This document shows, one piece after another, positions 1 through 11,544 of a stretch of 64,000 nt of DNA. Source of the DNA: Terriglobia bacterium (GTDB lineage Bacteria; Acidobacteriota; Terriglobia; JAIQFV01); NCBI GenBank assembly GCA_028716525.1, contig JAQUPQ010000015.1:1237-65236 (forward strand), given 5' to 3'. Positions within the stretch are counted from its first letter, which is position 1; every line of letters starts with the position of its first letter. The notes beneath the pieces are model-generated. The model did no database searches and was not told the DNA's origin. It was given only the letters and a program-made list of their open reading frames with translations. Both the position numbers and the translations under genes were made by a program.

Positions 1-11
1 GGAGGAAGCTT

Positions 12-734
12 TCAGTCGCGGATCACAAAGGTCGGCAGGCGCTGCCCTTGGAGCTTGTAGGCGAGATGATTCGCATCCGTGAGCGAGCGTTCCGCTCCCA
101 CGCGAACGCGGAACAGGACGCCCAGGCCGGAGTCATAACGACTGATGGAGATATGGTCGAAGCGGCGGGATAGCTCGCTGCGCAAATGGTCGGCATTGCT
201 CCGGTTCGAGAACGCCCCGACTTGAACGGTAAAAAGACCTGTCGCATCTGCCGGCATCGAGAGAATATCCAAGCGGACGTGTGCCGTCCCCGGACCGATC
301 AAACCCATGCGGCGGCCGGCTTCCTCGGAAAGGTCGATGATGCGGCCGTCGATGAACGGGCCGCGGTCGTTGATTCTCACTTCCACAGAGCGATGATTGT
401 CCAAATCGTTGACTCGAACCCGGGTATTGAACGGCAAGGTTCGATGCGCCGCCGTCAGGGCATGTTTGTCGAAAACTTCCCCGTTCGCGGTCGGGCGACC
501 GTTGTGAGGATCTCCGTAATACGAAGCGATCCCAACCAGTTCGCTGGAATAAGGAGCATCAGCGCGTGGCCCCGGAGGGGGTGCGGTTCGATAAGTGATC
601 TGCGGCGGGGATGAAACCGGGGGATGCACGGTATGGGCTTTGCCCCCACACGATAATGCCCCCGTCATGAGGCAAACCAAGCACACACTCTTGGCACAAT
701 CCAGCGCTGAAAATTCTCCCCAAATAACTGCCAT
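12..734 (-). CDS. rlpA: Septal ring lytic transglycosylase RlpA family protein (DPBB domain + C-terminal SPOR domain)
   Basis: Translation carries an RlpA double-psi beta-barrel signature (GIASYYG...TANGE...LTAAHRTLPF...RVRV) and a C-terminal SPOR-like segment (FTVQVGAFSNRSNADHL...). Full ORF, no competing frame. Confidence 0.8.
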   Translation of the reverse strand: MAVIWGEFSALDCAKSVCLVCLMTGALSCGGKAHTVHPPVSSPPQITYRTAPPPGPRADAPYSSELVGIASYYGDPHNGRPTANGEVFDKHALTAAHRTLPFNTRVRVNDLDNHRSVEVRINDRGPFIDGRIIDLSEEAGRRMGLIGPGTAHVRLDILSMPADATGLFTVQVGAFSNRSNADHLRSELSRRFDHISISRYDSGLGVLFRVRVGAERSLTDANHLAYKLQGQRLPTFVIRD

Positions 735-1008
735 GCGTTATTTCCTCGATTGCGGATTCATCGCGGGTTTCAGATGAACGTCTCCCGCCCTGAAACCCGG
801 CCCTGCGTCGAGCGAATTACGCCTGGAGTGTGCCAGGAGGATGTTAAGAAATTTTCACAACTATTTGATTTGGTGAGCGGCCAAACGGAGGGAAAAATCC
901 ACCCAAAGCATGCTCGAGGAAGGGCAACTCTTATTATATGTTCGATTTTTCTTTAATTGGAGTTAACGGAGGCTCGCTGAATTGAGGCGCACAACAGCGC
1001 AAGTTCTA

Positions 1009-1809
1009 TCAATCCTCCTCCACGGGGGGAAGGCGTTTGAGTTCCTCTTCAGCGGAGATGCGTCCTTCGACCAGGGAATCGTCGCGAATTCGCCCGTCTT
1101 TGAATACCACATTGCGTTTGGCATACTTGGCGATATCGTGCTCGTGCGTCACCAAGACAATGGTGATGTTGTAGCGGTCATTGAGTTTTTGAAAGATGTC
1201 CATGACTTCGACCGAGGTGCGGCTGTCGAGGTTACCGGTGGGTTCATCGGCCAGAATAATGGAAGGTTCATTCACCAGGGCCCGGGCGATCGCCACGCGC
1301 TGCTGCTGTCCTCCCGACAACTGATTGGGCATGTGATATTCACGTCCGGCCAAGCCCACGTCATGCAGCGCCTTCATGGACCGCTCGTGCCGCTCCTTGG
1401 AGTCCGTGCCGGCGTATAACAGCGGCAACTCCACGTTGTCCAGCGCCGTGGTCCGGGCCAGCAGGTTGAATCCCTGAAAGACAAATCCGATGCGGCGGTT
1501 GCGGATGTCGGCCAAGGCATCCTTGTTAAGCGTCGAGACGTCAACCGATTCCAGCCAATAGGTGCCTTGAGTAGGCCGGTCCAAGCAGCCCACAATATTC
1601 ATGAACGTGGACTTCCCCGATCCCGAGGCTCCCATTACAGCCACAAACTCGCCGCGATGAACTTCAATGGAAACCCCTCTCAAGGCATGGACTTTGACCT
1701 CACCCAGATCGTAGGTCTTGTGAAGATTCTCAATACGAATGACTTTATTGTTGGGACTTGTCACACTTGTGTCCTGATCCAAAGAATCGAGTACTTCTGT
1801 TGGCGCCAT
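1009..1809 (-). CDS. ABC transporter ATP-binding protein (MacB/LolD/DevA-like ATPase, no fused permease)
   Basis: Walker [13 protein letters not shown] signature [15 protein letters not shown], Walker [15 protein letters not shown] extends to 1935 but the homologous core starts at MAPTEVL (cat at 1807-1809), so the start was trimmed. Confidence 0.8.
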   Translation of the reverse strand: MAPTEVLDSLDQDTSVTSPNNKVIRIENLHKTYDLGEVKVHALRGVSIEVHRGEFVAVMGASGSGKSTFMNIVGCLDRPTQGTYWLESVDVSTLNKDALADIRNRRIGFVFQGFNLLARTTALDNVELPLLYAGTDSKERHERSMKALHDVGLAGREYHMPNQLSGGQQQRVAIARALVNEPSIILADEPTGNLDSRTSVEVMDIFQKLNDRYNITIVLVTHEHDIAKYAKRNVVFKDGRIRDDSLVEGRISAEEELKRLPPVEED

Positions 1810-1879
1810 TTCAACGAATCCCTGCCGCGTCACCGGATGATCGCCGGCTCGCGAAAATTTTAGGCGAAGACATCCTGCA

Positions 1880-3328
1880 TCAATGGAATCCGCCGCGAGC
1901 GCCACCGGCCATCCCGGGAGGACGCTGTTGGCCATTGCGTACTGTGGTGGTCATTTGCTGCCCCACGACCACTCGATCGCCTTCCTGCAACTGACCTTCG
2001 ACCAATTCGGTGTAGATGCCGTCCGTGATGCCCAGTTTCACCGTGATGGGTCGCAGCTTGTTGCTCTTGGCATCCCACAACCACACCTTCTGCTCGCCCT
2101 GGTTGCGGCTGGCACCTCCGGCGCGCGGTCCCTGACCCTGCGGACGGGATCCGCCTTTGCTGAAACCTCCCGCGCCCCCGGGCTGGCCTGCGCCCTTGGC
2201 TTGAGCGTCACCCTTCGGTGTCTTGGCCACTCCCGCACTGGCTTTCTTCTCTTCCTCCGACTGCGGAGGAATAAAACGAATGGCGGCATTAGGAATCTTC
2301 AGTACATTTTCACGTTGCGCCACCAGGATGGTTACATTGGCCGTCATTCCCGGCATCAACTTCAATTCCGGATTCTCCACCTGGATTACGGCGGTGTAAG
2401 TCACCACGTTTGAAATCGTCGTGGGGTTCAATCGAATCTGTGAAATGCGTCCTCGAAACGTTTCGCCGGGATAAGCGTCCACATTGAACATGGCCGGACT
2501 GCCTTCATGAATGCTTCCGACGTCGGCTTCATCGATGTTGGCGAACACCTGCATTTTTGTGAGGTCGTTGGCAATGGTGAAAAGCGTGGGCGTTTGGAAG
2601 CTGGCCGCCACGGTCTGCCCGACATCGATGGCCCGGTTTACGATGACGCCGTCCATCGGCGCATAAATCTTGGTGTGATCCAAATTGACCCTGGCCGTGT
2701 CGAGACTGGCTTTGGCCTGTGCCACCCGCGCCACCGAAGAATTCACTTGGGCTTGCTGGGAATCAATCTGGGCCTCGGCGGACTTCTGAGTCGCCACCGC
2801 GGCATCGAAATTCACCTGCGCCGTGTCGAGGTCCTGCTGCGACAAGATGCCGTCTTTGACCAGTCCCTTGGACCGGTCCAACTTGATTCTGGCATCCCGC
2901 ACCCCGACCTGGGCCTTCACCAGGTTTGCCTGCATGTTCACCAGTGCGGCTCTTTGGTTGGCCACATCGGCTTGCGACGTCTTCAGATTTGCAGAAGCTT
3001 GCTCATAGGCCGCCTGAAAGAGGGAAGGCTCAATTTCAGCGAGGAGCTGGTGAGCTTTCACATGGTTGTTGAAGTCCGCATACCATTTTGAAATGGTGCC
3101 CGAAACCTGGGTTCCAACCTGGGTCGTGGTGATAGCCGTCAAAGTGCCTGTGGCGCCCACTTCGGCCCGGATGCTGCCCCGCTCGATGGGCTGGTCCAAA
3201 TACTTGGGTGCATCTTCACGCGAATAGACCATGTAAGCGGCGAACAATCCGACCACAACTATAAGTATAAGAACCGACGCGAAACGGTGTTTTTTAATAA
3301 AGTCCTTTGATGCCATGTGACTTCTCAC
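1880..3328 (-). CDS. Efflux transporter periplasmic adaptor subunit (HlyD/MacA family) with Gly-rich C-terminal tail
   Basis: N-terminal TM anchor, long coiled-coil (Q/A-rich heptads), then beta-barrel/lipoyl-like segments typical of membrane-fusion proteins. Directly upstream of and co-oriented with the ABC ATPase. Confidence 0.8.
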   Translation of the reverse strand: MRSHMASKDFIKKHRFASVLILIVVVGLFAAYMVYSREDAPKYLDQPIERGSIRAEVGATGTLTAITTTQVGTQVSGTISKWYADFNNHVKAHQLLAEIEPSLFQAAYEQASANLKTSQADVANQRAALVNMQANLVKAQVGVRDARIKLDRSKGLVKDGILSQQDLDTAQVNFDAAVATQKSAEAQIDSQQAQVNSSVARVAQAKASLDTARVNLDHTKIYAPMDGVIVNRAIDVGQTVAASFQTPTLFTIANDLTKMQVFANIDEADVGSIHEGSPAMFNVDAYPGETFRGRISQIRLNPTTISNVVTYTAVIQVENPELKLMPGMTANVTILVAQRENVLKIPNAAIRFIPPQSEEEKKASAGVAKTPKGDAQAKGAGQPGGAGGFSKGGSRPQGQGPRAGGASRNQGEQKVWLWDAKSNKLRPITVKLGITDGIYTELVEGQLQEGDRVVVGQQMTTTVRNGQQRPPGMAGGARGGFH

Positions 3329-3465
3329 TTTCTCGAATTGGATCGAAGGAATAATGACTCGGCGGTCTTCCTTTCGTTCCTCCGCCCGCCCCCTGAGCGG
3401 ATACTTTAAAGACGAAGGGATAACGGCTGAAGTTACAACAGCATGCTTGGAACAATCCGGGACTT

Positions 3466-4323
3466 CTACCGGCGTTGCACCGCCACCACGCGGGGGATGG
3501 ACTGCAAATCGTTCACAAACCTCAGGCCCTGCCAGTCGTCAACCGAAAATTCCTCTTGCAACAGCGGTTTTTGACCTGCGCCGATCTCCATGACCAGATA
3601 CCCACCCTGTCGTAGAAGCGGCGCCGACTCCCGGATGAGGCGGCGAAATAGGGTCATGGGGCCGCTTTCTGGAGAATAAATAGCCGCGGGTGGTTCGTGA
3701 TCCCGCACTTCTTTCGCCAACGTCTCCCGATCACCGGGAGGGACATAAGGCGGATTGGAAACCACAAAGTCCAGGGCGGCGCGATCTTCTTTCAAATGGA
3801 GCGGCGCCAGCAGATCGCCGTTCACGAACTCGATCCGATCGCAGACTCCCAAGCGTTCGGCATTTCGAGCTGCGACGTTCAAAGCCGCTCGGGATTGGTC
3901 CACAGCCACGAGGCGCGCCCCGGGAATTTCTTTGGCTAACGCGATCGCAATACAACCTGATCCTGTCCCCACATCCACAATCTGAGGTTGCGGGGATTGG
4001 TTCAATTCCAAAACGGTTTCAATGAGGTGTTCCGTCTCCGGCCGGGGAATTAGAACTTCGGATGTCACTTCGAAATCGAGCCCCCAGAATTCCTGATGTC
4101 CGGTGATGTATTGAGCGGGCTCTCCACGGGACCGGCGGACTATCCAGGAAAAATAAGTGTGCTCCTCTTCGGGCGTCAAACCTCGTTCGGAATGAGAAAT
4201 CAGCCGGACTTTTTCCACTCCCAACAGCCTCTGCATCAATACTTCGGCGTTCAACGAGGGACTCGGCGTGCCGGCCTCCGCCAGTTGTTTCTTTCCGAGC
4301 GTTAATGCCTCCGCAAGGTCCAT
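3466..4323 (-). CDS. prmC: Peptide chain release factor N5-glutamine methyltransferase PrmC/HemK
   Basis: VDVGTGSGCIAIALA SAM-binding motif and the catalytic NPPY motif (VVSNPPYV). Sits immediately downstream of prfA, as is typical. Confidence 0.9.
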   Translation of the reverse strand: MDLAEALTLGKKQLAEAGTPSPSLNAEVLMQRLLGVEKVRLISHSERGLTPEEEHTYFSWIVRRSRGEPAQYITGHQEFWGLDFEVTSEVLIPRPETEHLIETVLELNQSPQPQIVDVGTGSGCIAIALAKEIPGARLVAVDQSRAALNVAARNAERLGVCDRIEFVNGDLLAPLHLKEDRAALDFVVSNPPYVPPGDRETLAKEVRDHEPPAAIYSPESGPMTLFRRLIRESAPLLRQGGYLVMEIGAGQKPLLQEEFSVDDWQGLRFVNDLQSIPRVVAVQRR

Positions 4324-4376
4324 CCGATTCCTTCGCCGTTCCTAATCCTTGAACTGCGCGCTTAGGCCCTTCAACC

Positions 4377-5456
4377 TCACGCCGCCTCCACCGTCTGTTT
4401 CAACTTCTCCGCTTGAAAATGCGACAGCACGGCGTCGATCACCGGGCTCAAACGGCCGTCCAGGATGGAATCCAGCTGATGCAAAGTCAATCCGATGCGA
4501 TGGTCGGTCAATCGATTCTGCGGATAATTGTACGTCCGAATTTTCTCGCTGCGGTCCCCGGATCCCACCTGTGAGCGGCGGGCCTGCGCAATCTCCTGCT
4601 GTTGTTTCGCCTGCTCCATCTCAAACAGACGCGATCTCAAGACGCGCATGGCCTTGGCGCGATTCTTGATCTGGGATTTCTCGTCCTGGCACGACACCAC
4701 CAGTCCCGTGGGCAAATGTGTGATGCGGACAGCGGAATAGGTGGTATTCACCGACTGTCCGCCCGGTCCGGAGGAACAAAACGTGTCGACGCGAACGTCT
4801 TTGGGGTCGATTTGAACCTCCACTTCATCGGCCTCCGGGAGCACGGCCACGGTGACCGCGGACGTATGAATCCGCCCGCTGGCTTCGGTTTTCGGGACGC
4901 GCTGTACGCGGTGAACGCCGCTTTCGTACTTCAGTTTGCTGTACACCTTGGCCCCTTCAATCACCGCGATGACTTCTTTGTAACCGCCCACGCCGGATTC
5001 CGAGGTCGAGAGGATATCCACACGCCAGCCCTGCGATTCAGCGTAACGCGAGTACATGCGAAAGACCTCGGCGGCAAACAGCGTGGCCTCATCGCCGCCT
5101 GTGCCGGCGCGTATCTCCAGGATCACGTTTTTCTCATCGTTGGGATCCCGCGGCAGCAACAGAACTTTCAGCGACTCGGTGCACTGCTGTTCCTGCCGCT
5201 CGAGCTTCTGCAGCTCTTCTTGAGCCATGGCTTTCATTTCGGGATCGTTTGCCGATTCCAACAGCAACTGCTTGGTCTCGCGCAGGTGCTTTTCGGCTTC
5301 CTTGTATTCGCGATACTTCTCGACGATGCCGGCGATTTCTGCCCGCGCTTTGGCGGTCTTCTGATATTTGCCCGGGTCGTTGAGCGTTTCGGGCTGAGCC
5401 AGTGACATGGTCAGCTCCTCAAATTTTTGCTCCAAGGCTTCGAGTTTGGAAAACAT
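4377..5456 (-). CDS. prfA: Peptide chain release factor 1
   Basis: GGQ motif ([12 protein letters not shown]), PxT-type recognition region, about 360 aa. Gene order prfA-prmC. Confidence 0.95.
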   Translation of the reverse strand: MFSKLEALEQKFEELTMSLAQPETLNDPGKYQKTAKARAEIAGIVEKYREYKEAEKHLRETKQLLLESANDPEMKAMAQEELQKLERQEQQCTESLKVLLLPRDPNDEKNVILEIRAGTGGDEATLFAAEVFRMYSRYAESQGWRVDILSTSESGVGGYKEVIAVIEGAKVYSKLKYESGVHRVQRVPKTEASGRIHTSAVTVAVLPEADEVEVQIDPKDVRVDTFCSSGPGGQSVNTTYSAVRITHLPTGLVVSCQDEKSQIKNRAKAMRVLRSRLFEMEQAKQQQEIAQARRSQVGSGDRSEKIRTYNYPQNRLTDHRIGLTLHQLDSILDGRLSPVIDAVLSHFQAEKLKQTVEAA

Positions 5457-5546
5457 TTGAAAATCCTTAAGTCCTGCGTGGGTTGAAACGATGCGGCCGG
5501 AACTCGACCGCCCGAATGGGTTGATCGTTCAGAGGAGATCGGACCG

Positions 5547-6581
5547 CTAACCTTGGGGTGCGGAATACGTCGGTTCGAGCGAGAGGGCTTCTTCCAAAGC
5601 GCGGATTCCGGTGGCCAGTTGAGCGTCGTCGGGAGGCTGGGTGGTGATGCGCTGCAGCCACAATCCGGGTTTCGTCATGATGGCGAACAACGACCCCGGT
5701 TTCTTGGCGGCATATCGAATGATCTCGTAACTCAAACCCATCACGACCGGCAACAACAAGATTCGGAAGAGAAGTTTGAGGGCAAAGGATTGGAAAGGAA
5801 TAAAACAGTACACCACAATCGAAATCAACATCACAGTCAGCAAAAAACTGGTTCCGCATCGGGGATGCAGAGTGGAAAAACCGCGGGCATTTTCGACCGT
5901 GAGCGGTTTTTGGCTTTCAAAATTGAAAACCACCTTGTGCTCGGCGCCGTGATATTCGTACAGACGATGAAACTCCTTCCACAGACCCAAGCCGCCGATG
6001 TATCCGACGAAAAGCGCCAATCGCACCACACCGTCCACCAGGTTGAATGGAATCCGGCTCTTCGCCCATTGCGTGTGATTCTGAAAATAAGTGGCGACCG
6101 ACAAGGGAAGGAACTTGAACAAGAAAATGAACAACACCGTTGCCACGATGGCATTCACGGCGATAAACCACGGCCCCAACTCGCCGCCCTTCTTGGGAGG
6201 CTCGGCCGTCGATGTCGAAGGCGCCGCTTTCCGGGCCTCCTCCTGGTCGAAAGCCTCCATCAGCTGATCGGCTGAAAATTTGATGGCTTTCATTCCCAAA
6301 ACAAAGGCCTGTCCCAAAATTCCCACGCCGCGCAACACCGGCCACTTGAACAACGGATATTTCTCCGAAACCCGGGGAACCGGCTCTTTGCGCACGGCCA
6401 CTTCCTCCGGCGTCCGATGAACCGCAATGGCAAAGGAGTGCGGCGAGCGCATCATCACCCCTTCCAGGACCGCCTGGCCGCCCACCAACAAATCTTCGGT
6501 CGGTTGCATAACCGAGTCGTTCAGCAGCTGGGTGGTGGCCCCGAGTCCTTGCAGCCAAATTCGAAGTCGGACGTTCATCAA
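5547..6581 (-). CDS. DUF1385-family membrane protein (often encoded upstream of prfA)
   Basis: N-terminal VGGQAVLEGVMMR hallmark of DUF1385, followed by several hydrophobic helices. True start may be the internal Met at about 6509. Confidence 0.6.
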   Translation of the reverse strand: MMNVRLRIWLQGLGATTQLLNDSVMQPTEDLLVGGQAVLEGVMMRSPHSFAIAVHRTPEEVAVRKEPVPRVSEKYPLFKWPVLRGVGILGQAFVLGMKAIKFSADQLMEAFDQEEARKAAPSTSTAEPPKKGGELGPWFIAVNAIVATVLFIFLFKFLPLSVATYFQNHTQWAKSRIPFNLVDGVVRLALFVGYIGGLGLWKEFHRLYEYHGAEHKVVFNFESQKPLTVENARGFSTLHPRCGTSFLLTVMLISIVVYCFIPFQSFALKLLFRILLLPVVMGLSYEIIRYAAKKPGSLFAIMTKPGLWLQRITTQPPDDAQLATGIRALEEALSLEPTYSAPQG

Positions 6582-6631
6582 ATATCCAATCCTTTCGAGC
6601 TTCCGCGTTCTCGTTCAGAAATCCCCAAGCC

Positions 6632-6868
6632 TCAGGCGTTGGGGGATTTCTTTTCCGCCTTGCCTTTGTTCTCGTACTTCTTCTTGAATCGTTCGATGCG
6701 CCCGGCGGTGTCGATGAACTTCTGTTTGCCCGTAAAGAACGGATGGCAGCCCGAACAAATGTCGAGGCGGATCATATCGGCCTTGAATGTGGAGCGGGTC
6801 TTGAACGTATTCCCGCAGGCGCACACCACCTGCACCTCATGATACTTGGGATGAATCCCTTCTTTCAT
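6632..6868 (-). CDS. rpmE: 50S ribosomal protein L31
   Basis: [19 protein letters not shown]...[12 protein letters not shown]: classic L31 with the Zn-ribbon cysteines. Confidence 0.95.
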   Translation of the reverse strand: MKEGIHPKYHEVQVVCACGNTFKTRSTFKADMIRLDICSGCHPFFTGKQKFIDTAGRIERFKKKYENKGKAEKKSPNA

Positions 6869-6989
6869 TGTGAGCTCCTCTAGTCTATCTCAGATGGCCC
6901 CTACAAAACGTAAAAATATACTATAAAACGGCTTGGGTATCAACTGGGGGCCCGGCTGTTCTCCACCGGAGAGGTGTGTCCCGACGGCG

Positions 6990-7507
6990 CTAATAGTGCA
7001 GCAGGGATGTGATATCGATTCCTTCCAGCTTTTGTCGGCCTTTCAAGAAATCCAACTCCACCACGAAAGCGGCCCCCACCACCTGTCCGCCGAGTTTCTG
7101 GATCAGTTTCACAACCGCCGCCGCCGTTCCCCCCGTCGCCAGGACATCATCCAGCAGCAGCACGCGCTGACCCGGTGTGATGCCGTCGCGATGGATTTCG
7201 AGCGTATCGGTTCCATACTCCAAGTCATAGGTAATGCGTTCGGTGGCGGCTGGCAGCTTCTTTGGCTTACGGACCGGGACGAAGCCGGCGCCGATGGCAT
7301 AGGCCACCGCGGGCGCAAAAATAAAGCCGCGGGCCTCCACCCCGACTATCTGATGGATTTCCTGATTCTTGAAAATTTCCGAGAATCCATCAATCACGTG
7401 CCGAAACCCTTCGGCATCCTTCAACAACGTGGTGATGTCGTAGAACAAAATCCCTTTTTTTGGAAAATCCGGAACTTCGCGAATCAAGCTCTTCAGTCGT
7501 TCCATAA
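6990..7507 (-). CDS. apt: Adenine phosphoribosyltransferase
   Basis: [25 protein letters not shown]... and the PRPP-binding [14 protein letters not shown] motif. The ORF track gives 7691 as start, but homology begins at the Met encoded at 7505-7507. Confidence 0.9.
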
Positions 7508-7524
7508 GAATGGTGTCCTCAGCT

Positions 7525-7794
7525 TCAGTAGGTGATGCGAAAAGATTCCAGCTCGCGGTCGACGCTCTCCGGAAACTCGTCCACGCGCTCGACAAACGCC
7601 ATGCGCGGCCCCTTGGCCAATTTCTCCTTGAACCGTTCGAGTTGTGCTTGCGTGCCGACGGCGTAACACTCCACGGTGCCCTCAGGGGCATTCCGCACGA
7701 AACCCTTGACGCCGAGTTCGGCGGCCCAGTGCTGGGCGTAATATCGAAAGCCCACGCCTTGAACCCGGCCCGATATGTGATAACCGCGGGCCAT
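7525..7794 (-). CDS. acyP: Acylphosphatase
   Basis: About 90 aa with the VQGVGFR...GFVRN acylphosphatase signature. Start trimmed to MARGY. Confidence 0.85.
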   Translation of the reverse strand: MARGYHISGRVQGVGFRYYAQHWAAELGVKGFVRNAPEGTVECYAVGTQAQLERFKEKLAKGPRMAFVERVDEFPESVDRELESFRITY

Positions 7795-7907
7795 CAGCGA
7801 TTGAAACGAGTTACCCATTAGTCTTGATGAATGGGGAAAACCGCAGCGCCGGCGTTACCACGAAATCCCCGCGTGTCGGCCGTGGCTTTGACGGGCGCTC
7901 CATGATC

Positions 7908-8708
7908 TCAAATCTTCAACGAGGCCAACCTCTTCAACCACTGGGAGCGCTCTGTTTTTACCTTTTCCGTGAGCTCTTGCTGCCAGGGCGTCAGCGACTC
8001 CAGCGCCGAATAATCGGTGCGATTGATATTCAACGGGGTGATCGAAATCGTTCCGGCATCAATGGCGGCGTAATCGGTTCCGGCATCCCCGTGGTTGGCG
8101 GCGGGCGGGTCGTGCAGCCAAAAATACTTGCGGCCGCGAGGATCCTTGTTCTCCAGCAACATGTTCTTGTTGTTCTTCTTTCCCTGCCGGGTGAACTCCA
8201 CAGTCCCCGTCCAGTTGGGTGGAATATTGACGTTGAGCAGCACCCCGTCGGGCAAGCCCTTGGTCAGCACCGCCTCGGACAAACGGGCCGCAAATTCCGC
8301 GGCGGGCTTGAAATTGAAATCCGAGCGCATGCAAAGGGACAGGGCCAGCGACGGCACTCCGTTGAAGGTTCCTTCCAACGCGGCCGCCACGGTCCCGGAA
8401 TATGAAATGTCGTCGCCCAAGTTGGCGCCTTTGTTGATGCCCGACACGATCAGATCGGGCGGCGTTTTCATGATGGTCCGCAAAGCCAGGATCACACAAT
8501 CGGCCGGCGTGCCTTCCACTCGGAACTCGTGGTCGCTGAGTTGGGAATAACGCAGGGGGGAATGCAGCGTGATGGATTGCGACACGGCGCTCATCTCACG
8601 GTCCGGCGCCACAATCGTGACTTCACCCAGCGCCTGAAGAGCTTCGTTTAATGCCTTCAACCCTTCCGAATGAATCCCATCGTCATTGGTGAGCAGAATT
8701 CTCGCCAA
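7908..8708 (-). CDS. surE: 5'/3'-nucleotidase SurE
   Basis: MARILLTNDDGIHSEGL N-terminus and DDISYSGTVAAA core of the SurE family. Confidence 0.9.
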   Translation of the reverse strand: MARILLTNDDGIHSEGLKALNEALQALGEVTIVAPDREMSAVSQSITLHSPLRYSQLSDHEFRVEGTPADCVILALRTIMKTPPDLIVSGINKGANLGDDISYSGTVAAALEGTFNGVPSLALSLCMRSDFNFKPAAEFAARLSEAVLTKGLPDGVLLNVNIPPNWTGTVEFTRQGKKNNKNMLLENKDPRGRKYFWLHDPPAANHGDAGTDYAAIDAGTISITPLNINRTDYSALESLTPWQQELTEKVKTERSQWLKRLASLKI

Positions 8709-8801
8709 TTTCTATCTCAACCTCGTTCCCGTATTGGAATGAATGATGAAAAATGAGGCCGGCTCAGCATGCTGCACGCAAGGACGAAGCGCCGAGGTAA
8801 A

Positions 8802-8878
8802 TGGTCGGGGCGATCCGATTTGAACGGACGACCACTCGCACCCCAAGCGAGTGCGCTACCAGGCTGCGCCACGCCCCG
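8802..8878 (-). tRNA. tRNA-Pro (anticodon GGG)
   Basis: Reverse complement folds as a cloverleaf: acceptor CGGGGCG/CGCCCCG, D-arm GCGCAGCCTGGTAGCGC, anticodon stem CTCGC/GCGAG with loop TTGGGGT, T-arm GGTTCAAATCC, 3' CCA encoded. Confidence 0.85.
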
Positions 8879-8905
8879 ACATTCCGGTTTCGTCAACTCC
8901 TGCTT

Positions 8906-8984
<79 letters not shown>

Positions 8985-9069
8985 TCCGTCAACTTGTTTC
9001 AACTACCGTTCTTACAGCGCCGCCGTCTCACAGAAAAGATTTTCGTGTCCACGGCGACCGGCGAATCTA

Positions 9070-9471
9070 TCACCTTTTATTTAAGAGTGTCAAGATCGAC
9101 TCCAGCTCCCCTTTCACCTGGCGCAGTGTCTGTTGCGTGCGGGGTGCGCTCGCGGCCACGGCGACATTTTCATTTTCCGGCGCGGCTCTTTCCACGGCCG
9201 GCGCGGAGTGATGATTACCTTCCGTCAAACGTTTGCGCGCGCCATCAATCGTGAACCCTTCATCGTAAAGCAGCCGCTTGATCTCCAACACCTTCTCGAC
9301 ATCCTGGCGCCGATACACCCGCCAGCCGGCACGATTCTTCTCCGGCGCCAGCTCTTTGAATTCTGATTCCCAGAACCTCAGGACATAGGGCTCCACTTCC
9401 GCCAGCTTGGCCACCTCCCGAATCCGGAAAAAGAGTTTGTCGGGAATCTCTTTAACAACCTTGCTCATCAC
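9070..9471 (-). CDS. MerR-family transcriptional regulator
   Basis: N-terminal MerR-type HTH ([24 protein letters not shown]) and a coiled-coil dimerisation region; 133 aa. Confidence 0.75.
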   Translation of the reverse strand: MMSKVVKEIPDKLFFRIREVAKLAEVEPYVLRFWESEFKELAPEKNRAGWRVYRRQDVEKVLEIKRLLYDEGFTIDGARKRLTEGNHHSAPAVERAAPENENVAVAASAPRTQQTLRQVKGELESILTLLNKR

Positions 9472-9614
9472 TCAGACCGTCCGATCAGAAGATTGACCTC
9501 GTCTCGGGACGAAGGAAGAGGGGTTTCCCCGACTTTCGGCCGCCGCCTGGAATTCGGATTGGAGCTCCTCAAAAAATTCTAGCACCGCGGGCAAAGATTC
9601 AGAAGTTCAAAAAG

Positions 9615-11003
9615 TCAACGCGCCGACGAGCGGCCTTTTTTGATGCGCTGCTCAATGCGGATGGGCGTTCCTTCAAAACCAAAATGCTCCCGAATGCGGT
9701 TGATCAAAAAACGCTCGAAACCGAAATGAAACCGGCCCCGCCGATTTGTAAACAGGACGAAGGTGGGCGGACCCCAGCGGGTTTGAGTGGCATAAAAAAT
9801 TTTGGCGCGCTGCGACATCGGCACGGTAGCCCGTTCGATATCCAGTTTTTGAAAAAAGCGATTCAACTCCCCGGTGGTGATATGCCGCCGCCGCTGCCGG
9901 GCCACTTCCACCACGCGCTGCATGAGATTCGTAACTCGCTGCCCCGTCAACGCTGAAATGAACACCACGGGGGCATACTCCAGGAACTTGGCGCGCCGGC
10001 GGACGCTTGCTTCAAAACGTTTCGCGGCATCGGGGGTTTTCTTGGCCAAGTCCCATTTGTTGACCACCAGCACCAGGGACTTGCCGGCGTCGTGGGCGTA
10101 GCCCGCAATGGTGGCGTCTAACGCCGTGATTCCCTCCACGGCGTCGATCAACAGCAGCGCCACCTCAGATTGTTCGAGGTGTTTGCGCGCCAGAACGACG
10201 CTCAATTTTTCGGCAATTAACTTGGTCTTACCCTTGCGCCGAATGCCGGCGGTATCGACCAGACGAAAGCGCTGTCCCTCGCGTTCCACCAGCGCGTCCA
10301 CGCTGTCGCGCGTAGTCCCGGGAAGCGGCGAAACAATGGCCCGCTCTTTGCCGCAGAGGTTGTTGAGAAGAGTCGATTTCCCGACGTTGGGACGCCCCAT
10401 GATGGCCACCCGAATTTCCTCTTCCGGGCCGGCAACGGCCGCGTTTGAAGTTTCCTGGTCGGACGATGCCTGCTCTCCAAGCGCTTTCTCCGGGCCAGGG
10501 CGCAAGTGCGGTTGCGAAAACAGGACATCCAACATTTCCGTGATATTGTGGCTGTGTTCGGCTGAAATAAAAAAAACAGGCTCGATACCCAGGCGGTGAA
10601 ACTCGCCGGCGGCAGCGACCTGTTGCGGCGAATCGACTTTGTTCACCACCAGGGCCAACGGCTTTCCCAACGGTCTTAACAAATGCGCCAACTCCTCGTC
10701 GAGCGGCACCACACCTTCCCGGAAATTGGTCACCAACAAAACTTGTGCGGCCTCCTGAAGAGCCGTGCGCGCTTGCTTCAGAATGCTCTGGGCAATCACA
10801 TCTTCGTCATGAGGCAACAGGCCGCCGGTGTCCACGACTTCGAGCTGCCGTCCGCCCCATTCCAAGCGGCCGTAGATGCGATCGCGCGTGATGCCGGGCT
10901 CGTCCGTCACGATGGAGCGACGACGCCCCACCAGGCGGTTGAAGAGCGTCGACTTCCCCACGTTGGGGCGGCCCACAATGGCCAGCAGTGGCATTTTGCT
11001 CAT
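9615..11003 (-). CDS. der: Ribosome biogenesis GTPase Der (EngA), tandem GTPase domains + KH-like domain
   Basis: Two G-domains, each with [10 protein letters not shown] (G1), DTGG/DTAG (G3) and NKVD/NKWD (G4). Confidence 0.95.
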   Translation of the reverse strand: MSKMPLLAIVGRPNVGKSTLFNRLVGRRRSIVTDEPGITRDRIYGRLEWGGRQLEVVDTGGLLPHDEDVIAQSILKQARTALQEAAQVLLVTNFREGVVPLDEELAHLLRPLGKPLALVVNKVDSPQQVAAAGEFHRLGIEPVFFISAEHSHNITEMLDVLFSQPHLRPGPEKALGEQASSDQETSNAAVAGPEEEIRVAIMGRPNVGKSTLLNNLCGKERAIVSPLPGTTRDSVDALVEREGQRFRLVDTAGIRRKGKTKLIAEKLSVVLARKHLEQSEVALLLIDAVEGITALDATIAGYAHDAGKSLVLVVNKWDLAKKTPDAAKRFEASVRRRAKFLEYAPVVFISALTGQRVTNLMQRVVEVARQRRRHITTGELNRFFQKLDIERATVPMSQRAKIFYATQTRWGPPTFVLFTNRRGRFHFGFERFLINRIREHFGFEGTPIRIEQRIKKGRSSAR

Positions 11004-11544
11004 ACCACGCCAAGGTATGCGGTGAAGAAAAATCTGTCAAGCTGAGAAGAAATTCTTTTGTGTACACCCCGAGGGTTTGGAGACATGGTCGGATTGAAAA
11101 TTCCACACTCCAAGCACCCCAATCCAGATAAAATCCAATTCCCAAGAAAGCCAAGAACTCATGCTGTTATCTCGGATTTGGAGATCGGATATTGATATTT
11201 GGAATTTGTCTGGAGTTGGGTCACCGGGATTTGGATTTTTTCTCTACAGCCGGCAAGGTGGACAACTGTGCTATCGACGAACACCCCTCTATTTGTCGAC
11301 ATTTATGGTAGATCGCTTCACCGCCGAGACGCAGAGGCCGCAAAGAAAGCGCGAAGATTTTTTCCAACATTTGTTCATCTTGAAAACTCTCATTCCAGAC
11401 ACCTGATCAACGGCCCCTACGCCGCACACTCGACCCTCACACCTCGCACCTCAAACCGGATGACTCTTCTAAATTTTAAGGTTTGAATTTCGCCTGGAAT
11501 TTGATATTGGAAGTCTCCTGGGAGAACGCGCACCTCAAATCGGT

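Noticed and set aside
982-1419. Plus-strand ORFs overlapping annotated genes (e.g. 982..1419, 2507..3091, 4602..5405, 16237..17220 minus, 21835..23121 minus)
   Set aside because: Long antisense or alternative-frame ORFs are expected in 60% GC DNA. They lack motifs and overlap genes with strong family signatures on the other strand.
7505-7691. N-terminal extensions of apt (to 7691), TonB receptor (from 21094), rmuC (from 25191), queE (from 13621), ABC ATPase (to 1935)
   Set aside because: Homology and signal-peptide/RBS positions indicate internal start codons. The upstream in-frame codons are ORF-caller run-on.
11004-11544. Possible replication origin at the minus/plus strand switch
   Set aside because: No dnaA/dnaN nearby, no convincing TTATCCACA DnaA boxes, and gene-strand bias is not maintained further along the window (several more switches). 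More likely just a divergent promoter region.
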